From assembly GCA_023515725.1 (NCBI GenBank), contig JALDTO010000146.1, forward strand, positions 930,001 through 994,000: a DNA stretch of 64,000 bases, read 5' to 3'. The notes beneath the pieces are model-generated. The model searched no databases and was not told where the DNA came from. It saw only the letters and a program-made list of their open reading frames with translations. Within the stretch, counting starts at the first letter, position 1. Every line of letters begins with the position of its first letter. This stretch comes from Amoeboaphelidium protococcarum X5 (taxonomy: Eukaryota; Fungi; Aphelidiomycota). The translations under genes and the position numbers were made by a program. Below are positions 1-15,882 of the stretch, one piece after another.

Positions 1-204
1 TATCAACTCGAGCGCCCAACCCACGAATGCCATCCTGCACTTGCACCTGGACGCGACTGATATTATTACAAGCATTCCAAGATGTAGATTAGAAAAGCCC
101 GTCACATTTAGACATTTTCACTTGCAATATCAATAAATTTATTGCTCAATTTCAAAAAAATAGATTTGCCCCTCTCGAAGATGGTAGAATAAAACAACAC
201 ACTT

Positions 205-1804
205 TCAGTACGGTAATACCTGATGCAAATAAGTATATCTTCCACCGTCTGCAAAGTCAGCTGCAACATGTCCATTACCAACCATTTTGTACTTGTAAAT
301 CATCAGGCCTTCTAGAGCGACCGGACCTCTAGCATGAATCTTACTGGTACTTATACCAATCTCTGCACCAAATCCATAACGGAACCCGTCAGCAAATCTG
401 GTAGAAGCATTCCAATAAACACCTGCTGCATCCACATACTTGAAATACTTATCATAATTCTCCTTAGACTCACTAATGATGCAGTCTGTATGTTTAGAAC
501 CGTGCGAGTTGACATGCTTGATCGCATCATCAATAGAGTCGACAATCTTCACGGCCAACACAAGATCGAGAAATTCAGTTCTATAATCTTCATCATTGGA
601 CTCTTTCACTTACATTGCATCATCTGTTGAGCCTGATTACAATATAGAACGACCAATCTAGTCCATTCTAAGTTCAATCTTGGCAGCGATCAATTATTTA
701 ACCAGCTGCTTCAGATGACGATCAGCAAACTTTCTATGCACCAGCAAAGTCTCGCAAGCATTACATGCCGCCGGATAATGAGTCTACACCTAAATTATGT
801 TGATCATTACTCAATCTTGGCATTACAAATCAAGTACATAATACTTACCTTTGAGTCAATTATAATGCGCACAGCTTTATCATAATCAGCAGATTCATCG
901 ACAAATACCGAGCATAAGCCATCAGCGTGTCCCAACACGGCGACACGAGTATTACTCTTCACATAGTTCACCAAGTCTTTAGATCCTCTAGGAATCACCA
1001 AATCAATATAATCGTCCATCTTGAGCATCTCTGCCACCTGGTCACGATTAAAAATCAACTACACTGCATTTTAGATAATGTTTGGATCATTCACACTCTG
1101 TAAAGCATCTCTTATAATCTAATTAAGACACTCCAACGTCCCTGCAGCCTCTTTACCTCCTTTCAAAATTACAGCATTACCTACTCACATTAACACTTAA
1201 CGATACATTTAAAAACCAAAATAGAATAATAGATCCAATGTTTAATAATCTTACCAGACTTTATGGCCAGAGATGCAATCTAGATCAATACTTCAGGACG
1301 AGACTCAAAGATGATCAACAGAGTTCCAATTGGGCAGGATACACGACGCAACTCCAGGCCATCAGCCACTTTACTAGCAAGTGAAATCTTGCCTACACTC
1401 CACTTATTGATACATAATAGAATTCATAAACAATATAATCAAACAAGGATTACCTATAGGATCAGGCATAGAAATTACATCAGATATTCCCTTAAGCATA
1501 TCATTAAACTTGGAGTCATCCTTGCCAAACAGGTCCAATCTCTTAACCAAGTTCTAATTCAAATTTCCCTTACTAGCCTCATCCTTCGCTTTCTACACAA
1601 ACTCGTCATAAGGCACTTGTATATTATCACCATATCAAAACTAAATCATACCGCAAGATCCTGTTAATTCTGAACTCTAAGAGACTCGATACCATCTTTC
1701 AACTTCTACTGTAGACTTGCCAATACAGAATTTCGACCACCTTCAGACGATGCTTACAACAAGAGAGAAGCCTCACGTGCAGCCTTTGCAGTCTTCTAAG
1801 CCAT
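205..1804 (-). CDS. PRO2: Gamma-glutamyl phosphate reductase (glutamate-5-semialdehyde dehydrogenase), about 4 short introns
   Basis: Motifs IDLVIPRGS, GHADGLC, YPAACNACETLLVH, NASTRFADGFRYGFGAEIGIST..HARGPV. ATG at 1804, TGA at 205-207. In-frame TAA/TAG read as Gln. Confidence 0.93.
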
Positions 1805-2157
1805 TTATTAATATGAAAGAAATTAGAAAAATAATTACAATGATATGACCAAAGCAGTATAATTGATAACAAGCGGAAAGAGAATAATGAATGACATTGA
1901 ACGAGACAATGATCGCCGCGTCAACAACGGCAACAGATCGGAACGACAACGGATGAAACAAACGACACGACTTACGGGAACTAAATTCCTACCTATAGTT
2001 GTATGTAGACAGACAGGCATAAAGTGTGAACTGAAAATGATTATAATGAACACGATTAAATATTAACTCATTTGGTCACAGACATAGATACATACCATCA
2101 ACACTAAGATTTTCAAACTTTTATCGCCACTATAGCATCACCCAAGTAGTACGCCAT

Positions 2158-3999
2158 TCAGTACTCGTTGATAATTCCACTCAGCATCTTGGCCTCCTTG
2201 ATGTAGTCAATCTGATCAACAGACATTACGCTACATCTCACGCGCATCTCCTCATTGTAATTCTCCTGCTTTACTCGAACATTGAACAGATACGTCTACC
2301 AAGCAGATTTCGCCAGGATAGAGTCAAACGCCTCCATATTGCCATTCTCTTTCATGCGATTCAGTTCATCGGCACCCATTCCAATCACACTCTTACCAAT
2401 GTCATTAAAGAACTGGAACCACGCTGTACCAGATGCATCCAACACTGGACAATTGAAGATATAACGATACTCACAGCGATCAAACGTGCGGCGACACTTT
2501 TCACAACGCCATGAGGCACCTTCGCTAATCACCTTCTTGTTACATCCTTCACTAGGACATGCCGTATACCACAATGTCTTCTCACCATTAATCTTTCCAA
2601 TCGTGGCCTTCACCGTAATGTAATCCGGCTTATCGCTCTAACCAAGGCCTTCATCGGCAATTTGGGCAAGTTGTTTTCTGACACCGCTCTTACTTTGACC
2701 ACCCTCTCCAGTAGTTGAGATGGAAGTGGCGTGTGCAGACTATCCAACACTGTCGAACCAACCTTTGAGAGTGTAAGCCTCAGGTATATCCGGATTCTGC
2801 TGAATGACAGAGGATGGTGAGGCACTTAGAGTTCTACCTCCAAAGTCGGACACTTTGACACCTTTAAAGGCAACTACTGGGTAATTCTGAGCATCAAACT
2901 ACTCGGCAATCGTGCCCCATAGAGTCATCTTGACAGTGGTATTGCTCTTGTCCACCAGAGTGATATCTCTCTTGGTCAACTGGCGGTTATTGCTCTTGGC
3001 AACAATCTGCTACACCTCACCAACTTCTTTAACCACAGCAATGATATCGACAATAGAATCTTTCACAGCGTCATTCAGCTCTGCAATCTCCACAAAGTTG
3101 TAACGTACAAATGGAATCTTGGAAGCGTCTTCAGCATCCAAGCATGGAGTAATTTCGGTAGAATTCTCAAAGGTAATTTCATAGTCGTTCTGCACAAAGC
3201 TACCAATCTTTCTAGCCGGCTTCACCTGAGCCTTGGAGACATAGTACACTTTGCCTTGCTCCAGTACATTGTACAACTTATCCACAGCATCATTGAATCC
3301 GGTAGCTTTAATTTCACCAGATTCATCAACGAAAGTGACACTGAACAACTTTCCCTCACCTCTCTGATTATTCCAAACTCTTACGTCAGACTTGGAAGAG
3401 ACACGAACTTTGATAGTCCACTTGTTGATATACGGATTCAGAGACTTGATGGGCTAAATATGTCCAAACATGGCATCCTAATTAGAGGCAGCCTGCGGTT
3501 CTTGTTGTTGTTGATACTGCTAGCCTTGTTATTATTACTAGTTTGAAGAAGATGAAAGACCTCCAGTGTTACCGTTTGAAGGACGTGCCATAGACTGTGC
3601 TTAACCAGTCGTCTACTACCTTTGCTATTGGAGGCGGAGAGCATTTTCGTCATACAGCACGGGGGCGCCAATTTTCTGAGAGTGATTGCCCACTTTCTCC
3701 AAGTCCATTGCAATGAAGATCTTCTTGCTGTTGATCTCTTGGCAGACAAACTAACGCAGAACAACAATGTTATTAACTTCCAGCTGTGTGGCCAGAGCAT
3801 TCAAATTCACAGGCAGAACCACAGCACAGCAGTGCTAACCATCAGACAGCACGATCCTGAATCTATCAGCATTGCTCTAATTGCCAATGTTTTTCACATT
3901 CAACACCTGCAAGAACGCAGACTAGTATTTGGCATCCTGCTTACATTAATCTTGGTACATGGCAGCCACCATGCCTTCAGTTAGTTGTGGGACGCTCAT
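2158..3999 (-). CDS. RFA1: Replication protein A 70 kDa subunit
   Basis: Single 614-codon frame with TAR=Gln. Contains [34 protein letters not shown], Zn ribbon [18 protein letters not shown]. Ends in TGA. Confidence 0.96.
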
Positions 4000-4146
4000 T
4001 TCTACACACTTCCGTTTCAAGTAATTATGATTTTTCGAGTGAAACCGATAATTTTACAAAAGGTAAGAAATAGAAAGAAAAATAGAGAAAGAAAGGGAGA
4101 ATTAGAGCTGATGAGAAACAAAATGAGATGCAAACGAATACAGCAA

Positions 4147-4177
4147 TGCGCGTTTGGAAAGCAGGTTGCGACGCGTT
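4147..4177. promoter_or_regulatory. MCB-like (ACGCGT) elements upstream of RFA1
   Basis: GCGCGT at 4148 and ACGCGT at 4171, about 150-175 nt upstream of the RFA1 ATG. Confidence 0.35.
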
Positions 4178-4759
4178 TTATTCCAATCGTTTCAGATCTC
4201 TGTGAAGGTACAGCGGCATACTCAGTAAATTAAGCCTGTATATGCATCACTATGCTACTAGATATTCTTTAAATTCCAACCTTTTAAGTTTCCTTTGAGT
4301 GAAGTTTATTGAATTGAGATTATTTCCATCTACATTTCACATTCGTTTATGAGTTTAAAGGATTATTGTATCCTGTCTGTTGAACTGATACTCCTAAGAA
4401 TTTGCATTGAAGTGTTTATCCACACTGAATTGGTAAAATTGAAAGCCTTGTTTGTGGAATCAGCATGACTAATTCATAGTCACTTTGCCAACTCGGATTA
4501 TATCCTTACTTTGGAGTTAATATCTTTATTAGATTGCGTCCAATGGCGGCGTCTTGCTTAATGTAAATTGCATGCAGGTCGGATCTTAATGTGATGAATA
4601 TTGCACTCAAAGGAGACGTGATTCATCAGTCATCCTTGCGCATGAATGTTTGAATGTCTTGCGAATGAATATAGTGTACTTTGCAGATTCACTCCTCTTC
4701 AATTTCCATCACAGCTTGTACTGTACATACATTTTGATTGAATTTGATACAACTCTAGC

Positions 4760-6592
4760 ATGGTTAACCTGACAGCTTCTTTGGTTTTGTCTGTACTTCT
4801 CCTGTCTTGTTTCATCATTAATGTAATTGAATGTCGCCCGAACCCACCGAGAACTATCCGTCCTAAAAATCCTTGGGCTCCTACGAAGTTGCGCCGTCAT
4901 AAAACTGTTGCAATAGTTGGCACAGGGCCTGCTGGCCTATCCGCTGCGATTGAGCTGTCTGAACGCGGATATGATGTCACGATTTTCGAGAAGCATTCTT
5001 ATTATGGCGGCCGTGTTCACACTCGCAAGGTTACTCCAAAATACGCATAGCATCCTCTGAAGGAGACTGATGTATTTCAAGTGGAACATGGATACCATGC
5101 TTGGTTCCATAATTATTGGAATTTCAAAGACATTTTAAAGCGTATTGGCCAATTTCCTGGCAAGATCACGGAGCACAATTGTACGGAGCCGACTTTCACA
5201 ACATCGTTCGGTCTGGTCAGACGGTAGCACTACAAGTATGCTGCCCCTTTGAAAGACGAAACTATTGAAAGTCGTGGATACTATCCGTACAATCTTATTC
5301 GTCTCATCTTGGACAGTTCCAATATCAAGATTGCAGATGCGCTGAATTCTTTGCTGATGGTGCCTGATTTGATGTTTTATAATCACAAACAGACAACAAA
5401 GTATCTGTAGGGGAAGACATTCTACAAGTACGCGCGTGAGAGAGCTATTGCAGAGCGCTTTCTGAGAGCATTTATGCTTCCAGCTATATCCGTCACCTTG
5501 AATGAGAGAAGCACGTACTCTGCAGCTGAGTTAGTGACGTTGTTTCATCTCTATTTTATCTCTAGTCCAAAAGCCTCCTATCGTTATTCACCATAAGAGC
5601 CTCATTCTAGAGCTGTATTTGATCCATGGGTTAGTCATTTGAAAGCGAATGGTGTTAAATTTTGTATGTAGACTGAAGTGTCGAGCGTACAGTTCAGTGG
5701 TCATTACGCGAAAGGCTTGACCGTTAATGGTTCTACAGTGGTCCAATAATTTGATCATATTATTGTTGCAGGCACTATTCCGACGTAACAAATGTTGTTA
5801 AAGAATGCCACTTACACTCTGAATCCTATCAACAGAGCTATAGCTAAAAGAGCTGTTCAGAAAATGAGAGAGCACGTTGATCAACTACCTGTCGCTCCTC
5901 CGTACAGAGTCCTCCGCGTTTGGTATGATGGTTATATAAACAGTGCTAATCCCACTACATTTAGAAAAGCTGGCCGTTCAAAGTTTTAAATTCCAGATGA
6001 AGTCAATGAGCAGTTTACTTTCGGAAGTGCAGATCCTTTTTCTAGTGATGAAGATGAAATGCAAAACGCTGATGATGAGGAATTTTACGAGCCTAAAATT
6101 ATCGAAACTCCTGAGCATCGCCCAATCAACTTGGTTGTGCTGTATCACCAACTAGAGACTGAATCACTTGCATGGAGTCGCAAGAACAATGGATCCATCA
6201 TAGAGTTTCACCTATATACTCTACCTGAGCAGTATCGCAACATCACAGATGAACGCGAAATGTACAGAGTGATCAAGTTTAGAGCTGAAGAAATATTGCC
6301 GTAGCTGAAACATGTCAATGCTATTGGTTACACCATGACTGTCGGCCACGATTTCCCCTAGTTTGATGCTGCATATGATCATATCCGCCCAACTTCTGAT
6401 ACTCCTAGCAATTATGGCATGAAGAACTTTCATTGGGCTGGTGATTGGCTGGCTACTCCGGAATATCCAACATCTTTGATGGAACGAGCCATTACCACTG
6501 GGCGAGAGGCTGCCAACTTGGTCTTACTTCATGACAATGTGAGATAGGCTCCGATTATTGCGACGACTAATCATGGACCAGGTTTGATATGA
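4760..6592 (+). CDS. Signal-peptide-bearing FAD-dependent oxidoreductase, CrtU (isorenieratene synthase)/amine oxidase-like
   Basis: Intronless 611-codon frame with TAR=Gln. Hydrophobic N-terminus, Rossmann [41 protein letters not shown] and [19 protein letters not shown] match the CrtU-type motif pattern as I recall it. Confidence 0.75.
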
Positions 6593-6691
6593 GAATACTT
6601 TATGATACTAAATCTCTTAATTGATCTGTACAATTTTTATTTCAATTGACTTTTTATGATACACTGCAGTGTGAATTAAATAGTTTCATCA

Positions 6692-8065
6692 ATGCGCCGC
6701 TCAGCTCATGCTTCTCTGGTGAATTAAAAAGTTTTATACAGAGATTTGATCAAAATGGCTAAAGTTTTGATTATAGGAGGTGGCACTGCTGGCATCACAG
6801 TGGCATCCTAGCTGGTGAAGAGAGTTCCTAAAGTTAATGTAACTATTGTAGAGCCATCAGAAATGCACCATTATTAACCCATATGGACTTTAGTTGGCGG
6901 TGGAGTTTCAAAGCTGGATCGTATGGCGTAAAGATCAACTGCAGATGTTATAAACAGTATTGGAGGTAATGTGAAGTGGATATAAAGCGAAGCAGTCGAG
7001 GTTGAAGCTCAAGATTAACGCGTAAGTTTGAAGAATGTCAGTCAGTTGAAATATGACAGCTTGGTTCTGGCGACTGGATTTTAGTATGATTTTGATGCTA
7101 TAGCTGGATTGAGGGATGGATTATTCGTCAGAACTTCCCAAGGCGACTACAAGTATCCCGTGTGTTCAAACTATGTCGATAATGGTAATGGCGCTTTAAA
7201 GACATTCAACTTGATTAAGAATGCGCGTAAGGATGTTTAGGCAGTATTCACCTAACCAGCGACTCCAATAAAATGTGCGGGAGCACCTTAAAAGATCATG
7301 TACCTAGCTGATGATTACTGGACGCGTCATAGCATTAAGCACTCTTGTAAATTCATATCTGGAATGGGAAAGATATTTAGTGTTGATAAATACGCTTAAT
7401 CACTTGAGACTATTTGTAAGAGTAGAGGGCTTGATGTCATTCTGAACTTGGATCTAGTTGGGATTGATCTGGACTCGAACACTGCTCTATTTAAACCGCT
7501 GTAGAATTCGAATACTGATCAGCTGTCCACAGACCAGAATGGTAATGTAGAGATCAAGTACGACATGTTGCATGTCACACCAAAGATGAAAATATCCGCG
7601 TTTATAAAAGCATCTGGTCTCGCTAATGAGAGCGGTGCCGTGGCTGTGCATGAAGAGACTTTGTAACATTTAACGTATCCAAACATATTTTCTCTGGGTG
7701 ACTGTGCAGGATTATCAGTGTCCAAGACAATGAGTGCCATCACAGCTTAATCTGGCGTCGTTGTTGACAATTTGATAAGTCATTTGCAAGGGAAAGAAGC
7801 TATAAGTAAGTATGATGGGTACACTAGCTGTCCGCTTGTTACAGGATAGGACAAGCTTATTCTGGCTGAATTTAATGGCTTCCCATCATAAGGTAACGTG
7901 AAACCTCATGAGACGTTTTGGTTTAATCAGTCAGAAGAGCATAAGTTTCTGTATTTGCTAAAGAAGCACCTGATGCCTGAGCTGTATTGGAATCTGATGC
8001 TCAAAGGCAAATGGACTGGTCCTTCAACTATGAGGCATTTGTTAAATCCCCTAAAACGCGACTGA
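6692..8065 (+). CDS. SQOR: Sulfide:quinone oxidoreductase (alternative start at 6755)
   Basis: IIGGGTAG, HYQPIWTLVGGG, PIKCAGAPQKIMYL, YDGYTSCPLVTG. Conserved Gln encoded by TAA at 6875 and 7289. TGA at 8063. Confidence 0.93.
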
Positions 8066-8350
8066 TATTATGATAAGTAAACAAAAGGCAGGTAATGTCT
8101 GTATCAAGTCTTGAAAGTTTATCATTGACAGCTCATTAGGCGTACTTATAATCTCTCATTTACTTTTCATATAATGCTGGCTTTGAGCTGTTCAATCTTA
8201 ACCGAGCGATTATATTATCAATGGAAGGTTAAGTACGTTAGAATTGTAAAATACTTTGAGAAATAAAGTTAAGTGAACACACTCGAAACATTAATAATGC
8301 AATTCAATATTTGGTATATATTTCTCACAAATTATAGCTCATACTTGTGA

Positions 8351-9934
<1,584 letters not shown>

Positions 9935-10428
9935 GGTCCTTATTAAAGTTCTGGCTGACCTGACCGTAAAGCGTTAGAAGTGAAGCTGTGAGAAGTCGCG
10001 CGGAACCTTCGCGTTTCACATATTTCTCTCTCATAAAGTGATCGCCCGTGATTGTCGGAACTGTTTGGGCATAGGCTTGATCTCCGCGTCTTTACAATCA
10101 TATGTGAGAGAATGACTTTAGTATTGTCGGGTGGGTGATCCAAGCCTTGTATGCAATAAGATTGGGAACTTTAACTTGATATAAAAAATGGCTTTTAACA
10201 GCTAAAACAAGCAATAATCAATCTGTTATCTTGAGTGTCGAGTAACTAACCGATAAGCTATTCAAGATACCGAACTTCTCAAGCGATATCTCTCACTGTA
10301 CAAAACTGATGAAATAGTGATACGGAAGAGATGCACTACAGACCTAACGTGCTCTGGTATATTTTATAGAGAATCAAAATAAATACAATTTGAATTTAAT
10401 GAACGATGTATTACGATTAAATGTCTAA

Positions 10429-12393
10429 TCAATTGGATGTAGCAGCGTTGTCTTAAGGCTCACTAACAACAATAGCCGGAATATCGGTAGCTTCATGGGT
10501 TGTTGACGCAACTATTTCATCAGCGCCGCCATCAGCCTCCTTCTTATCTTGGTCATCTTGCTATTCCAAGTCTTCGCCGTTATGTAACGTGGACTTGGAA
10601 TCCATCTGACTCAGCCCAATCTCGGCATCGAAATACTTATCGTCCACACCAGGCGCGCCAGCTTCATTCTACTTTCTCTGCTATCTCAAACGCATCTGCC
10701 TACTCTTCAGAACACGTCTTCTCCATCTCTTCAGTCCCCAGAAGGTCAAGAAGAACACCCAGAATAGGAAGACGGACATTGCCATAATACCCAGGTAGTC
10801 TAGGAATAGTCGGTACAGGGACCAGCGCTGCTTCAGAATTGGCACTTGGTACACGATGAAATCCCCCGCACCCAAAGTAATAGACTGAGTCAACACGCGA
10901 TAAAACGGATCATAGACACCACTAATACCGGAAGATGAACATCTCAGTGTGGTGAATCCATTCTCAACAGACTTGATCTAACTAATCATAGCCATATAAG
11001 GTCCAGTCGGGCCCCAACTTTTGGCAGGCTGCAGCATCAGAGTCACTCCATTAAAGTAAGCCTTTTGCAGATCCACATAATCAAAATCAGTTCCGATAGC
11101 TGCACCGATTCTTCCATAAGGAGTATCCAAATACTTGAACTCACTTGGTCCGGCCACAAAATCTTCTTCTTTCAAGAATATAGGATGAATCTTCTGCTGA
11201 ATAAAAGCCACAGACGCCTCTCCATTTCCACCTTCTTGAGGAGGGATGAGAAGGGCAAACTTATTCTCACGCTGCACCTTACCATCCTCAGAGGCCACAC
11301 TCAGGTAATATGCCACACCAATCATAACGTCCTACTATTTAGCCAAATTGAGACCAGTATTTAGGAAATCAGTCTCATTAGTAATTTAAGCACTTCCCTC
11401 AGACCAGATGACAATCTTACTTCCAGAGCCGGCAGAGTTCAGATGATTCAATGTGGACGAGTATGTTCCATTTACCAGACAAGACACTTGAACAGTAGGA
11501 TTAGTAAAATGCTGGATCGGAGTCTGATAGAACATTCTAGAGTTTGGAGAAAATGTGCGATATACAGAGCCAAATCCAAAAATCAGAACGGTTGCATACA
11601 GCAAAAGCATCAGAGGATGCAGAAAAGGTACCTGGACATCTCGAATTCTGTTCAAAGGTGGCGGAACATAGTGTACCTCCTTCTTCAACAATGCAGTGTT
11701 GTCGGTGTGCATAACCTCAAAGTAACGCCTCATGATGTACAGAGTGGAACTCACGATCAGAGCAGTCAGATAAGCACCACCTGAAATAGCACCAAACAGC
11801 CAAATAACACCAACAGTCAGATCATTGACACCAATCTGAGCCAGTGCAAACCCCCAACTACCCAAATCACCGTATGGACTCACATAGTATACAAACGTCC
11901 ATAAGCCACACCAAATGATGGGAAAAGCGAAGAATATCTCCACAAAGGACAGCAGGACGCCAGAGAATTCACTGATGGCGCGATCAGCCCACACAGCCAG
12001 GGAGATCAAGACTCCCCAGATCAGAGCCAATGGAAGGACATACACAGTGGCAGGTGTCTACCATGGCCCGGCCTGATCAACTACATTAGAGCCAGCCCAC
12101 GCGAAAAATGTACCAATAGACACTGCAGGGAATACAACAGCCCAAATACCCCACGGTGTAGGAACAGATCTACCATAGGCCAAGATTACGAACAAGGCAG
12201 GCAGAAAGGTGACAGCAATAGGATTATACCCAGGACCAAATGTGAATAGAGCGACAATAATCAGAAAGACAATGGCGCCAACAAGCAAATCCTTCTGAAA
12301 TCCTTTAAGGCCAGTGACGTTCACGCATCTGTCATAGAATTGCGCCTTATACGGGTTATTCAAATAGTAATTATCAAACTCCGCGCTAGCCAT
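10429..12393 (-). CDS. Multi-pass membrane protein with C-N hydrolase (nitrilase)/apolipoprotein N-acyltransferase-like domain; catalytic Cys replaced by Gly
   Basis: 655-codon frame with TAR=Gln. Several N-terminal TM helices, then IVIWSEG (Glu), QKIHP (Lys), TPYGRIGAAIGTD, SVENG..RCSSSGISGVYDP, then a C-terminal TM and acidic tail. Confidence 0.75.
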
Positions 12394-12654
12394 AATTTAC
12401 AGGAATTTGGTAAAGTAGCTAAATGCTAGCTTAGGATAATATTGTTCTAGTAAAAGTAGGTGATGAAGCGCAGCCAAATGAAATAGATCTATCCGAAGCA
12501 ACCCCTGAGAGTAACGCTAAATGATAAGGCGGCACAGTTACCCACAGACGCCCCTGACAATGAGAAGTCTAAACTGCGTCAATTCTGGTTGTCTCGACTC
12601 ATTCAACATGCAAATATAAAAGACGATTAAATATAAATAATAAAACAACAGAAC

Positions 12655-13668
<1,014 letters not shown>

Positions 13669-13940
13669 TTTGAGAGACGCGTCCTGTATTGAAATAAAGT
13701 TGTAACGAGATCGACAGAACGCGACACGCGAGATCACGCGCCCTTTTTGGTAAGTGCTCAGAGAATGTGAGGTGCGGAGAGGAGGCGAAAGAATATTCAA
13801 GAGGCGACCGAAGTTGCCTTTGTTGACCAGCACTCCATATGAAGTTTTCCTGCAAATTGATCTCGACTTTATTCTCACTAATCACAACCATCCCATCCTA
13901 TCACTATTTACTATTGCGGATCATTATAGAAAATTAAATT

Positions 13941-14102
13941 ATGATCAAGGGAAATAGATTATTTACTCCTCAATTCTTTGGACTTAAATGGTATCCAATG
14001 ACTATGAAGCCAGCTTTGCCTTTTGTAGTAACGTTCTCTGGCTGGTATTGGGTGATGTGTTAGCTGGATAAGAAGGTGAAAGGAGGACATGACGAACATT
14101 GA
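13941..14102 (+). CDS. 53-aa single-TM protein resembling mitochondrial ATP synthase subunit j/i (Atp18/6.8PL)
   Basis: MIKGNRLFTPQFFGLKWYPMTMKPALPFVVTFSGWYWVMCQLDKKVKGGHDEH*. One in-frame TAG. The FGLK.Y..KP..PF pattern recalls fungal Atp18. Confidence 0.55.
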
Positions 14103-14858
14103 ATTAATTGATAATTTTATACTTCAATTGATACCTCTCGTTTTTTATGAATGTTCGCATTTGCCATTCTGCGGAAATTATAAGTTTCTGCATATTTTAT
14201 ATTTCCATGCTTTACTCTCAGTCAATGTGTCGTTCAAGAGTCTTTTTGTATTCGTTTAAATGTGTACTGTAGTATCTTTAAAACAAACTCTGCTCATACT
14301 TTGCTACTAGAAGAACTAGCAACGAACGCCGCAAGCAGAAGGGCAATTCTATCTTTTCAACTGAGCCAACTAAGGCTGTCCTCGCATCTTATTTCATTTA
14401 AGTCTCCCTTCTACAAATATCATCTTTCCTCCTAGCCGTTCATAAATTGAAAGGTTAAGTTTAGAGATACATAATTTGATTTCTACTTGATGATAAAGTG
14501 AAACGTTCGTCCAAAGAGAAATCATAATTGGGCCAAAAACAGTCGGAGTCTGAAAGTGCAGCCAAATGTGATCAAGGAGAAACGTTTTCACTGTCGCGTG
14601 GCGGGCGGCCGGCCCACTGAGAAACGAAAAGCGGCCTCGCTCACGCAATCGCTCTTTCCAGCTGTGCACTTCAGTAAGTAAGCAAACAACAACAACCAGG
14701 CGAGAGTAAAACGAACGCGCAAATCCGTTTCACTCTGCTTTTACTTTGCTCACAAACAACACTCACTCAATTGACTCCTAGTAATAATTGAGATACATAC
14801 ATACCTGCTGTACTCAGTCGTATATCAAACAACAGTACAATTAGTATCCTATCTGAAA

Positions 14859-15089
14859 GTAAGTCTCTCTTAAACACTGCTTCTCTCTGTCTGTCTGTGT
14901 CTGTGTCTGTCTGTGCATGTTTGCTCAAGAGGTAATGATTGGGTCGGGAAGAAATTCGGCCACATTGCTCCTAAGCTTTACACCATTGCACTGTTTGTGA
15001 TACATCCACCCATTCACTCATCCACAGACAGAGAGGCAGTTTAATGATATATGTATTGATACTAATTTGTACTCTCTATATGTGTGTAG
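14859..15089 (+). other. Probable 5'-UTR intron of the HMG gene
   Basis: GTAAGT donor, ACTAAT branch-like site at 15061, GTAG acceptor 2 nt before the ATG. Confidence 0.55.
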
Positions 15090-15091
15090 AA

Positions 15092-15771
15092 ATGTCAAAA
15101 GCTGCAAAAGATCCTGAAGGTAAGCTGACCACCACTCAACACTCTTCTCCAATAGCATCATCATTCATTATCTCACATTTGTAGCACCAAAGAGAGCAAC
15201 TACTGCCTTCTTTGCATTCAGCAATGAGATGCGTGCCAAAGTCAAGGCTGAGATGGGCGCAGAAGCCAAGGTTTCTGATGTGGCCAAGGAGCTGGGCGAG
15301 AGATGGAAGAACATGAGTGACGCTCAGAAAAAAAAATACTCCGACATGGCTGAGAAGGACAAGGTGCGTTATGAGAAGGAGAAGAATGACTACCAGAAGA
15401 GTGGCAAGGCTGAGAAGTTTGCCAAGTCTGTTGCTGCTTCTGGTGGTAAGGGCAAGGCTAAGCGTACCAAGGATGAGAATGCTCCAAAGAAGGCTCTGTC
15501 TGCTTTCATGTTCTTCTCCAAGGATAATCGTGACAAGATCAAGACCAAGTATCCTACCAAGTCTTTTGGTGAAATTGGTAAGCAGGTTGGTGAGGAATGG
15601 AACAAGTTGTCTGAGGCTCAGAAGGCTCCGTACGCCAAGAAGGCCGAGCAGGACAAGGTGAGATATGAGAAGGAGTTTGCTCTTTACTAGAAGGGTCAGT
15701 TCACTGCGCCGCCTAAAGTCAAGAAGGGTCAAGCTGCTGCTGTGGAGGACGATGACGAGGATGACGAGTGA
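15092..15771 (+). CDS. Tandem HMG-box protein with acidic tail (HMGB/Nhp6-like); intron 15120-15184
   Basis: APKRATTAFFAF and APKKALSAFMFF boxes, acidic EDDDEDDE tail. TAG at 15688 read through to TGA at 15769. Confidence 0.92.
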
Positions 15772-15882
15772 TTTTATTGCTTAATGAGAATTTGCTTTAT
15801 TATCTGATTAAGAAAATGGGGATTTTTAATTTCTGTTATTTTGACTTTTTATCATTTTGTAGCTTCGTTACAGTGATCTATA

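Noticed and set aside
15136-15732. 198-aa Leu-rich minus-strand ORF
   Set aside because: Antisense shadow of the Lys-rich, codon-biased HMG gene.
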